Source: Candidatus Bathyarchaeia archaeon
GTDB taxonomy: Archaea; Thermoproteota; Bathyarchaeia; Bathyarchaeales; Bathycorpusculaceae
Assembly: GCA_038883775.1 (NCBI GenBank)
Contig: JAVZLM010000003.1
Coordinates: 64,001-128,000 of the forward strand
Direction: 5' to 3'
Length of the DNA stretch: 64,000 bases
The notes below the pieces were generated by a model, which saw nothing but the letters and a program-made list of their open reading frames with translations, was not told the DNA's origin and ran no database searches. Below, one piece after another: positions 1 to 9,600 of this stretch (within the stretch, counting starts at the first letter, position 1; every line of letters starts with the position of its first letter). The position numbers and the translations under genes are program-made.

Positions 1-113
1 GAGGATTTACTCCAGAGATGCTATATTTGATAATTGGAACCGTCGTGGTTGTAGTTGTTGGAGTATTTGCCTACTTGAGGTTGAGGAAGCCTAGGGAAAA
101 GCCTGAAAGCTGA
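1..113 (+). CDS. 3' end of an upstream membrane-anchored surface protein (partial)
   Basis: Frame 3 reads GFTPEMLYLIIGTVVVVVVGVFAYLRLRKPREKPES*, a TM helix plus basic tail. Stop TGA at 111-113, followed by a C/T-rich terminator-like tract. Confidence 0.75.
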   Translation, partial: GFTPEMLYLIIGTVVVVVVGVFAYLRLRKPREKPES

Positions 114-238
114 AAGCGTCGATGCTTTACTCCCTTTTTTATGTTATGATGTTTCTGTTGAGGATATAGAGAATTTTTCCAGAAAGCTTTTAAAGTTGTT
201 TTCGGTAATAGGTTTTGGGAGAAAAGGAGAAATTGATA

Positions 239-3200
239 ATGGATATTAAAGAGAAAAAAGCGTATAGTCTATTGTCTGTTCTACTGCTTCTCGTTAGCTT
301 CTTTGCAGCGGCAACGCCTGTGCTTAAAGCTCAAGCTCCTGAAACCGCCGTGAGGGTGTTTGTGAATGCGCCCTATCAGAGTGAGATGACCCTCGGCGAT
401 GGGGTTACTGATGTTAGAGGAACAATTATCAGCATTGCTGTGGTTGTTGAGGATGTTGAGAACCTTTATGGTTTTGACATTAGACTGAAATGGCCTATGG
501 AATACCTTGAATATGTTGACCACACGTTCACCATACCGTGGAATACGAGTCAAACGCCAATCGATCCAAGCCCCTATGCTGGCATTCTGTATGCGCCTGT
601 GTCCCCTGTGCCTGGTCATGGATTGCACTTGGATGTGGGAGAAATTTGGGCTGTTATGGCTTCGCAGGCTCCTGCGCCATCCTTTTACGGTGACGGAACG
701 GTTTTCGTTTTGAGGCTTAGATTGATTAAGCAGCAATACGCCTACGAGGGAGACGTTGAACTCGTTTTAAACATCACTACACATGACTTAGCCGGCAAAG
801 TGCCGCCAGGCCCGCTCATAATTCCACACACGGCATACAATGGACGAATAATCCTTAAGGGAAGGGCTTTTGCTTATCCGCCACTTCCACTTCTGAAAAT
901 ATTGCCAGAAACCATAAAAGACGTTAAACTCTGCGAGAACTTTGACATTAGTGTTTGGCTTATGGGTGAGGGCGGCGTTGACCTGGACCCATTCTGGGAC
1001 ATAAGCGGCTTCGACTTCACAGTAAACTTCAACTCAACCCTCCTAGAAGCAGTCGACGTCAAAATAGACCCAGCCAACTGGTGGCTAGGCTTCTACCCAG
1101 GCGGAGTCTGGACTACGGCAAAAGAAATTGACAATGTTACTGGAAGGGTTAGGATAGCCTTTATGGGTATACCTGACCCATCGCGGACTCCGCCACATGA
1201 TGCGCCACACGGGAAGGGCATCCTTGCCACAATAACCTTCCATGTCATCTACGAGTCTGAGAAGTATCCTCCGCCTTCTGCGCCCATATGGCTTGAAAAC
1301 CCGCTTCCACTAGCCCTCATAGACCTCTACAGCGAAAACGGCCTAATAAACCTCGGCAGCCCCGTATCAACAGACTGGCATGAAATCATGCCGGCATACT
1401 GTAAGCGTTTCGGCCTAACTTTCTGGGAGGATGTTGACGGCGACGGGCGCCTCAGCCCCAACGACCAAATCCGCCTCCTAAACAAAGAAACTGGCAAGTG
1501 GCTCCCCTACCGGGTCCACGCCGTCCCAGTAACCATGCGCGTTGACATCCTACCCTTCGAATACACAGACGAATACCACGAAGGCACAACAGCCTTCACA
1601 AACGCTTGGCCTCACCCAGGAATAGGCTCTTGGACTCCTCCAACGCCAATAACAGAGTATCCGCCTCCAGAAGGCTTCCCACCAGTTAATATATCCCTAA
1701 CCTATCTAGCCCAAGAAGTCCACAGCGTTGAAGTATTATTCCCCAACGGAACAAGAAGACTCCTCAACTACGGAACAGAATGGGACTACTACCCAGGAAC
1801 AAACCTAGTGGAAATAAAAATGATCCTTGGAACGCCAGAAACAGAATATTTCGTTGAAGACGTCAACATGACAACAGGCTGGGAAGGCTACGTACCCAAA
1901 GCAAGAGTCCTCTTAGACCCGCCGCCAACAGGTTGGATCCACCGCATAAGAGTCCAATTCCCAGAGGAAATACCGCCAGAATATCTAGACCTCTGGGATG
2001 GCTTCCAAGGCGAATACATAGAGCTTTTGCCATGGAAGATAAGTGGTGGATACCTATGGATGAACATGTGGGGCGAGCCAGGCTGGGACTATAACTGGGC
2101 TTATCACTACGCTCCAAACGTAGGCGTAGTAGCAATAGCTCCATGGGACAAGTTCCCGCCAGGCACAGAAGTTTGGATAGACTATTTTGCCCAGTCAACC
2201 CAAATATGGGTTAACTACACAGCCCTAGAACTAGAACCAAGATGGATTAAATCCGCAATAGGCGCAGCCGACTTCCCATTCACTGCACCATTAACAAGTG
2301 AATGGACAGAAATAATGCCGAATTTCGACAAAGAACATGTTATAACTGGCTGGACTGACACAGATGTTAACGGTCGCCTCAGCATAGGCGACATAATCCA
2401 ACTCTACGACGTGGAAACTGGCGAAACCAAACCCGCCAACATAACACTACTGGCAACAGGCCTAACCGTAATCCAAAAGCCCGTCATCTGCACCTTCGAC
2501 CTTGAAGACCCATTCTACGGCATGGTAGCCATAGTAGACGTGGCTGGCTTCCCCCACCCAGAAAGACCCATGTGCCCATGGCATAACCAACCCTACGCAG
2601 TCCCCATCCCCCACAAAACAGAACCAGCCACATACACAGCGCCTTTCAAGCCGCCAGGAAGATGGATAGACCTATACCTCTGGGGTATTGAAGCCTGCAA
2701 CGGAACAAGATGGGAATATGCAGACTTCGCCAAAGGATTAGGCCCCAACGAACCAGCCGACGCAGTTCAACCACAAGCAAAAGTGGTCCTCCGCGCCTTT
2801 GTAACCTACAACTTCCAGCCAATAGCAGGAAAATCAGTGACATTCGAACTCATATCCCCAACAGGAGAATTCCACATAATCAGAAGCGCCATAACAGGAG
2901 GCTGGGACACACCACTATACGGCATAGCTGAAGTAATAGTAACAATACCATGGCCATACCCAGACCCAGAAGGAAGAGTCTTCGGAACATGGAACGTCAT
3001 AGCCACAGTAGACATAGTAAAAGTAGTAATCAACGACACCCTAACCTTCAGATTAGGCTACCTAATAGACACAGTCTTCGTAATACCAGGCAAACAAACA
3101 TACCATAAAGGCGAACACATGAACTTCACCCTAACATACACAAGCATATCACACCAAATCCGCACAGCCTACTTCACAATAGTAGTCTACGACGAACTAG

Positions 3201-3400
3201 GCGTACCAATAGCATGGCAAATCCTAGGACCCTTCAACGTCACCTACGGCACCCACACCATAGTATTCGAATGCATGGAAGTACCCCACTGGGCATTCAG
3301 ATACAGATGCACGGCCTACGTCAACGCCCTAACAAGCCTGCCAACCCTCGGCGGAGCACAATACTGCCCAGAAATCTACGCAGTATTCGCAATAGAATAA
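239..3400 (+). CDS. Secreted scaffoldin-like protein: two cohesin-like domains, Ca-binding inserts and a C-terminal beta domain; no TM anchor
   Basis: Signal peptide. Cohesin-like patterns (ISIAVVVEDVENLYGFDIRLKW..LEYV; FDISVWL..ISGFDFTVNFNSTLLEAV..GKGILATITFHV). Two DxDxxGxLS loops. ATG 239 preferred over TTG 215 because GGAG lies upstream. Confidence 0.75.
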   Translation: MDIKEKKAYSLLSVLLLLVSFFAAATPVLKAQAPETAVRVFVNAPYQSEMTLGDGVTDVRGTIISIAVVVEDVENLYGFDIRLKWPMEYLEYVDHTFTIPWNTSQTPIDPSPYAGILYAPVSPVPGHGLHLDVGEIWAVMASQAPAPSFYGDGTVFVLRLRLIKQQYAYEGDVELVLNITTHDLAGKVPPGPLIIPHTAYNGRIILKGRAFAYPPLPLLKILPETIKDVKLCENFDISVWLMGEGGVDLDPFWDISGFDFTVNFNSTLLEAVDVKIDPANWWLGFYPGGVWTTAKEIDNVTGRVRIAFMGIPDPSRTPPHDAPHGKGILATITFHVIYESEKYPPPSAPIWLENPLPLALIDLYSENGLINLGSPVSTDWHEIMPAYCKRFGLTFWEDVDGDGRLSPNDQIRLLNKETGKWLPYRVHAVPVTMRVDILPFEYTDEYHEGTTAFTNAWPHPGIGSWTPPTPITEYPPPEGFPPVNISLTYLAQEVHSVEVLFPNGTRRLLNYGTEWDYYPGTNLVEIKMILGTPETEYFVEDVNMTTGWEGYVPKARVLLDPPPTGWIHRIRVQFPEEIPPEYLDLWDGFQGEYIELLPWKISGGYLWMNMWGEPGWDYNWAYHYAPNVGVVAIAPWDKFPPGTEVWIDYFAQSTQIWVNYTALELEPRWIKSAIGAADFPFTAPLTSEWTEIMPNFDKEHVITGWTDTDVNGRLSIGDIIQLYDVETGETKPANITLLATGLTVIQKPVICTFDLEDPFYGMVAIVDVAGFPHPERPMCPWHNQPYAVPIPHKTEPATYTAPFKPPGRWIDLYLWGIEACNGTRWEYADFAKGLGPNEPADAVQPQAKVVLRAFVTYNFQPIAGKSVTFELISPTGEFHIIRSAITGGWDTPLYGIAEVIVTIPWPYPDPEGRVFGTWNVIATVDIVKVVINDTLTFRLGYLIDTVFVIPGKQTYHKGEHMNFTLTYTSISHQIRTAYFTIVVYDELGVPIAWQILGPFNVTYGTHTIVFECMEVPHWAFRYRCTAYVNALTSLPTLGGAQYCPEIYAVFAIE
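948..1108 (+). repeat. 161-bp near-identical block shared with 7393-7553
   Basis: Direct comparison shows only about 3 mismatches. Further shared blocks at about 1265-1585 / 7710-8030 and about 2205-2640 / 8970-9400. Confidence 0.9.
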
Positions 3401-3433
3401 AACAATAAAAACTCAACCCACCCCCCTTTTTAT
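3401..3433 (+). terminator. Putative archaeal terminator (C-run then T-run)
   Basis: aacaataaaaactcaacccacccccctttttat directly after the stop. Similar tracts at 125-140, 10650-10680 and 16872-16908. Confidence 0.5.
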
Positions 3434-3489
3434 CATATCCAAAAATAACGTTTAAAAGAACAAGAACTAAATATTAATTGGGTTGAATT

Positions 3490-4479
3490 ATGCCTGAATA
3501 TACCAAAAATATGCCTATCAAAATTATCACAGTTTCCTTATTATTGTCCTTTTTGACAATAACCTTAGGCTGCGCCCAACTCGAGCCACTAAAAATAACC
3601 ATCGCCACTGACAAATCTACTTATCAATATAGGGAAATTGTAAACATATATGGAAACGTGACGTATGAAGGCGCTCCCGTGGAAAGGGGGTTAGTAGCGA
3701 TCAGTATAAGATATCCAAATGGTACAATAATAAGCGTGAGAACCGTTCCTGCCAAAAGCATCCCCTCAACTACTTGGAATGTTGGAATAACATCTTTTAT
3801 ATCTTGTGATCAAAATGGAAATCCAAAAAAGGACTTTAGGCGAGACTCTTTTGCATATTTTTATATGATCGCAAAAAACAATATTCCTTTTAGCTATACT
3901 GTTTTGCTCACAATTTCAGTTTATGATGTTGATCAAACTCCAATAGGAATCCTATGGCAAGGACCGGTTTCCGTGCCAGGTAATTCCGAAATTGGTTGGC
4001 TTATTGGAGTTTTAATCCCCACATGGGCGTCCACAGGAACCGGAAGGGCATACGCCAATGTGTACACAGATTGGCCGGAAAAAGGTGGTTACCCATATTG
4101 TCCAGAGTGGAACACTACTTTTAACATTGAACGTCAAACATCAATCCCAAATATTCCAAGTACAAACAATACTTACCAAGTATCATTTCGATTGCCCCCC
4201 TATGTACCTAGAGGCACATACCTAATTAATGTAAGCGCCTGGTATTCTGGATGGAAAGCTTTCCAATACACTACTTTCACGGTCGATTATAGGCTATTGG
4301 GAGACGTTGCCGAACCTTGGGGAATTATTAACGTATATGATGTGGTGATGTTAACATCCATATACGGCTCAAAAAGTGGCGATCAAAACTGGAATCCTGA
4401 ACTAGACTTAAATTCAGATGGCAAAATAGACATTTATGATGTTGTGATAGTAACTTCACAATATGGAACAAGATATTAG
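3490..4479 (+). CDS. Secreted protein with C-terminal dockerin
   Basis: Signal peptide. C-terminus LLGDVAEPWGIINVYDVVMLTSIYG..NWNPELDLNSDGKIDIYDVVIVTSQYG is a duplicated Ca-loop+helix (type I dockerin pattern). Confidence 0.8.
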   Translation: MPEYTKNMPIKIITVSLLLSFLTITLGCAQLEPLKITIATDKSTYQYREIVNIYGNVTYEGAPVERGLVAISIRYPNGTIISVRTVPAKSIPSTTWNVGITSFISCDQNGNPKKDFRRDSFAYFYMIAKNNIPFSYTVLLTISVYDVDQTPIGILWQGPVSVPGNSEIGWLIGVLIPTWASTGTGRAYANVYTDWPEKGGYPYCPEWNTTFNIERQTSIPNIPSTNNTYQVSFRLPPYVPRGTYLINVSAWYSGWKAFQYTTFTVDYRLLGDVAEPWGIINVYDVVMLTSIYGSKSGDQNWNPELDLNSDGKIDIYDVVIVTSQYGTRY

Positions 4480-4491
4480 ACTTATGCCTTT

Positions 4492-4559
4492 GATGGAAAA
4501 TTGGCATTTATGATGTTGTCGTTGCTACTTCTAGATATGGCTATAAGTATGAGTCGTAG
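4492..4559 (+). pseudogene. Relic dockerin second repeat in the intergenic spacer
   Basis: With one base restored it reads (DG)KIGIYDVVVATSRYGYKYES*, matching the DGKIDIYDVV..TS.YG halves of the neighbouring dockerins. Confidence 0.6.
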
Positions 4560-4642
4560 CCTTCCTTAGTGTTTGAATGGAATTTAATTCCAAAATCTTT
4601 ATACGGTATCGCGCTCGATATTGTTATGGGAGAGGGGGAAAT

Positions 4643-6562
4643 ATGCAAAAAAGGAAAATTTTACAATTTTTGTTTTTCTTTCTGATGCTGATTATATGTT
4701 TTGTTTTCGAGGAAGTTTCGATATACGCTAAAGAAAGCGTTTCTTTTTCAGCTGAGAGTGAAAAGCCACTAGTTTATGTGGATCCGCCGGAGGTTCGAAA
4801 CTTGGCTGTTGGTAAAACTTTTACGATTAGTGTTAAAATCGCTAATGTTACAAACCTTTACGGCGTTGACATTGAGTTTCACTGGAACCCGACAATTTTA
4901 GAATATATGGAACATACTGTTTTGATTCCAGTGGACGATTATCCCGGCGGCGTTTTATATAAGCCCATTATGCCGATTGCAAATACGGTGAATGCCACTG
5001 GTGGAACATATAAGGTTGCTTATGCTTCCATGCTTCCTGCACCATCATTTGACGGAAGTGGAACAGTTTTCACGATGAAGTTTAAAGTGAAGAGCATAGG
5101 ACGCTCTTTATTGGACATTTATACGAGTGATTTGTCTGGAAAAGTTCCTCCGGGACCACTTATCATATACCATGATGTTCAAGATGGATACTTTTCTAAT
5201 TATGTTCCTTCGAAAGCGAAAATTTACATAAATCCTCCAAAAATAATAGATTCAACCTTAACGCCCACATCCAATTTCACAGTAAACGTAAACCTTGAAA
5301 ACGTAGTTGAATTTGACACCTTCGAATTTTGGATAAACTATAACACGACAATTTTAGACGCCTTTAATGTCACGGTTAACCCAACATTTCCAGCGGCACA
5401 AACCAATTTACAAATTATGGAAGCAGAAGGCAAAATTCGAACCAAAGCTTGGCTTCAACCAGCATCCCCACCCTACACGGGCAATCTAATGCTTGCGTCA
5501 ATAATATTTAAAGTGGCAGATATTGGCGCGAGCACTCTCGACTTGTATAATATTACGTTAGTGGATGCATGGAAAGAAAATATTCCATATCAAGAACCTG
5601 GAGACGGCTTTTTCAGTAACATGTTATTAACAAAGCTTTTTATTGATCCTAGCGAAATCATTGACCCCACGATACGTCCACCCATGACTTTCAATATTTA
5701 TGTTAAAGCTGAAAATGTTATGGATATGTATGGTTACGAGTTCAAACTATCTTATGATACAAACGTTTTAACTGCTTTAGGCGTTAGGATTCTTCCGCCA
5801 ACAAATGATACGAGCTTCACTGTTACTACAAGTATTGACGACCCATCGGGCTACATATGGATTAAAGTTCAATATTATCCGCCAGCCGTGCCCATCACTA
5901 TAACTTCCGCAAAAGCATTAGTGGAGTTGTTGTTCCAAGTTCAATCGTTAGGAGTTACCGTTCTCGACTTGCATGATGAGAGGCTTACAGACGTAAATGG
6001 CAACCAAATCCGCGTAGACGAGGTTGGAGATGGCTTCTTTATGTCTATTATAAGAAATGTTGCTATTTTAAATGCTACAGCCACTCCGAACAAAGTTTAT
6101 CCTGGAAGGATGGTTACAATAACTGTTTTGGTGAAAAACTTGGGCATTGGAATGAGTGAAACATTCAATGTGACCGTTTACTATGACAACAACCCGATTG
6201 CAACACAGATCGTCGCAGACCTTGCTCCCCAACACGAAACGACATTGACGTTTTTGTGGGATACCACCGGCTTACAGCCATGCAACAATTATACAATAAG
6301 GGCTGAAGCAAGCCAGGTTCCATTCGAGGTTAATTTGGAGGACAATATTTACTTTGATGGTTGGGTGAAAATTAAAATATGGGGCGATGTGGATGGCGAC
6401 GGAGATGTTGACATTTATGATATCGCCCTGGCGTCAGCAGCCTATGGAAGCCGTCCCGGAGATCCAAACTGGAATCCAGAGGCGGATGTTGCACCGGAAT
6501 GGGGCTTCATCAATATTTATGATATGGTGACAATTTCGTCTTATTATGGACAGACGTGTTAG
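4643..6562 (+). CDS. Adaptor scaffoldin-like protein: three cohesin-like domains, CARDB-like domain, C-terminal dockerin
   Basis: Three repeats of the (V/I)xPP..F(T/N)(I/V)x(V/I)..NV..YG.(F/E)..(W/Y)(N/D)..(I/V)L pattern. CARDB-like RNVAI..ITVLVKNLG..ETFNVTVYY. Dockerin WGDVDGDGDVDIYD..DVAPEWGFINIYD. ATG 4643 follows GGAGAGGGGG. Confidence 0.8.
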   Translation: MQKRKILQFLFFFLMLIICFVFEEVSIYAKESVSFSAESEKPLVYVDPPEVRNLAVGKTFTISVKIANVTNLYGVDIEFHWNPTILEYMEHTVLIPVDDYPGGVLYKPIMPIANTVNATGGTYKVAYASMLPAPSFDGSGTVFTMKFKVKSIGRSLLDIYTSDLSGKVPPGPLIIYHDVQDGYFSNYVPSKAKIYINPPKIIDSTLTPTSNFTVNVNLENVVEFDTFEFWINYNTTILDAFNVTVNPTFPAAQTNLQIMEAEGKIRTKAWLQPASPPYTGNLMLASIIFKVADIGASTLDLYNITLVDAWKENIPYQEPGDGFFSNMLLTKLFIDPSEIIDPTIRPPMTFNIYVKAENVMDMYGYEFKLSYDTNVLTALGVRILPPTNDTSFTVTTSIDDPSGYIWIKVQYYPPAVPITITSAKALVELLFQVQSLGVTVLDLHDERLTDVNGNQIRVDEVGDGFFMSIIRNVAILNATATPNKVYPGRMVTITVLVKNLGIGMSETFNVTVYYDNNPIATQIVADLAPQHETTLTFLWDTTGLQPCNNYTIRAEASQVPFEVNLEDNIYFDGWVKIKIWGDVDGDGDVDIYDIALASAAYGSRPGDPNWNPEADVAPEWGFINIYDMVTISSYYGQTC

Positions 6563-6683
6563 CCTAATTTTTTCCATGTTCTCAATTTTAGACTTTTTAT
6601 TTTCTTCCTTTAGGCTTAACTTAGTTAAAGATAGAAAAATTCAAATATTCATCGCTAAAATACATAGAGTCTGCGGTGAAAGA

Positions 6684-9600
6684 ATGATGAATAATTTATG
6701 GAAAAAACTGAGTAACTGCTTATGGATTTCGTTGATTATTTCAGCGATGCTTTTATCCAATGTTCATGTGATGGCAGGAAATGAATATTCAATTCAGCAG
6801 GCACCAACAAAAGTGAGGGTAATACCCTCGCCTATAGAATTTAAAGGAGGAAACGCTACAGGTCAAGAGTTTGATGTTGCGGTTGTTGTTGAAAATGTAA
6901 CCAACCTTTATGGCATTGATATCAATATGACCTGGGATATAACATACCTTGAGTATGTCAGCCACGAATTCACAATGCCAGTAACCGACTATCCAAATCC
7001 CATTCCTCCAAGCCCCTATCCAGGAATTTTAAATGGTCCATTAATAACCACCATCGAAGATGTTAACCCAACCGCAGGTTACATAAGAGTTGGTAAGGCT
7101 ACAATGGCCCAACCTCCGCCTCCATCATTCAACGGAAACGGCACAGTCTTTGTTGTTAAATTTAGAGTGAAATATCATCCGCAAGAAGCTGACACAGTGA
7201 CTTATCTACATTTGGCCTCAACAGATTTGGCTGGCAAAATGCCGCCTGGGCCTCTTATTATACCCCACGAGCGTCAAGACGGTGTAGTTATTTTACGCTC
7301 CTATTTTGAGTATCCACCAATGCCATTATTAGATTTGAGAATAAACGGAGATAAGGAATACAATGCTATAAGAATAGGCGAGCGCTTTAACGTTAGTGTT
7401 TGGCTTATGGGTGAGGGCGGCGTTGACTTGGACCCATTCTGGGACATAAGCGGCTTCGACTTCACAGTAAACTTCAACTCAACCCTCCTAGAAGCGGTCG
7501 ACGTCAAAATCGACCCAGCCAACTGGTGGCTAGGCTTCTACCCAGGCGGAGTCCAAGTCTTTGCGGAGTCTATTGATAACACAGTGGGCAGAGTTAAAAT
7601 AGCCTTCATCGGCTTGCCTGACCCAACGCAAACGCCGCCTCATGATCCTCCGAATGGTAAGGGTGTTTTAGCCATCGTGACTTTTCACGTTATTTATGAG
7701 TCTGAGACGTATCCTCCGCCTTCTGCGCCCATATGGCTTGAAAACCCGCTTCCACTAGCCCTCATAGACCTCTACAGCGAAAACGACCTAATAAACCTCG
7801 AAACTCCAGTCTCAACAGACTGGCATGAACTCACCCCCACATACTGCAAACACTTCAATGTTACTTTCTGGGAGGATGTTGATGGCGACGGGCGCCTCAG
7901 CCCCAACGACCAAATCCACCTATTAGACAAAGAAACAGGCAAGTGGCTTCCCTACCGGGTCCACGCCGTCCCAGTAACCATGCGCGTTGACATCCTACCC
8001 TTCGAATACACAGACGAATACCACGAAGGAACAACAATATTCACCAACACGTGGCCGCCATATCATGCGCTTCTAAGTGGGCTAAAGCTTGATCCCGCGT
8101 ATCCCGTTATAACTTGGCCGCCAACATACGTTCCAGTGAACCTTACGCTGTCTTATGCAGCTTTGGACGTAAGCTCCGTTGAGGTTGAATTTCCAAATGG
8201 TACAAGAAGGCTGTTAACCGAAAACACTGAATGGGAATGGTTCTACGGGTCAGATCAACTTGAAATCAAAATACCGCTTGGCGTGCCAAAATCCTGCGCC
8301 TTCGTTGAGGGCGTCAACATGACAACAGGCTGGGAAGGCTACGTTCCGAAAGGCAGAGTTATACTCCCAGACCAAACAACAGGCTGGATTCACCGATTCG
8401 TCGTCACACCAGTCAAAGACAGAATAGACCTTTACGTAACCATAGTTGACAGCGCCGAATTTAATGTCACAAGAACCTATGCCATATACCTCAACGAAAC
8501 ACTAATAGAAACAGGAGAGCTAACCTATCTTGGAGAGCCAATAGAGCTATACACGGTCATAAATGACATAGACCCCGGATACTACGTCTTAAACTTCACC
8601 TTAGACAGTCCAGACGACAAACCATGGAGCGTAGAAATTTATGGAGCACTTTTCTACTCATATGAGGACGAATTCTACACAGAAGGCAACGTAACGATAT
8701 CATCTCCACTAACAGTCGATTTCACTGCGGATCCACCAACCTTAACCGTGCTTCCATTAGGCGAGCGGGGCGGCTACCTATGGATGAACATAGATGCTGA
8801 TGGAGACGGCGACGCTGAACCAGGATGGTACTGGAACATGGGATACGACTATGCCCCAAACAACCCAGTTGTTGCCATCGCCCCAACATGGACTGGAACA
8901 GAACCAACAGACAGATTCCCGTTAGGAACAGTTGTTACAATAGATTATATGGCTGAATGCACAAAAATGTGGGTTAACTACACAGCCATCGAGCCTACTA
9001 AATGGATTAAATCCGCAATAGGCGCAGCTGACTTCCCATTCACTGCACCATTAACAACCGAATGGAAAGAACTAATGCCATATCCAGACAAGCAACATGT
9101 TATAACTGGCTGGACTGACACAGACGGCAACCACCGCCTAAGCATAGGCGACATAATCCAACTCTACGACGTGGAAACTGGCGAAACCAAACCCGCCAAC
9201 ATAACACTACTGGCAACAGGCCTAACCGTAATCCAAAAACCAGTCATCTGCCTCGCCGACACATCAGACCCATTCTACGGCCAAGTAGCAATAGTGGACG
9301 TGGCCGGCTTCCCCCACCCAGAAAGACCCATGTGCCCATGGCACAACAAAGCCTACTCAGTCCCCATCCCCCACAAAACAGAACCAGCCACATACACAGC
9401 GCCCACACGGGGACCAATAGCGAATTTCACTTATACCCCAAGCGAACCAGTGCAATTTGAAGAAATAACATTCGACGCTTCTCTAAGCTATTCTCCAGCT
9501 AACAAGACAATTGTCAGTTATGTTTGGGATTTTGGTGACGGTTCTCCAGTTGTTGTTGAATCGGATCCAATAACAACCCATGCATACCTCAGTTCAGGAG

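Noticed and set aside
1430-2400. DVDGDGRLSPND and DTDVNGRLSIGD loops as an internal dockerin
   Set aside because: They are about 300 aa apart and followed by beta-strand-like sequence rather than the dockerin helix; treated as isolated Ca loops.
948-9403. Diversity-generating retroelement TR/VR pair
   Set aside because: Both copies are coding, mismatches are not adenine-specific, and there is no reverse transcriptase in the window.
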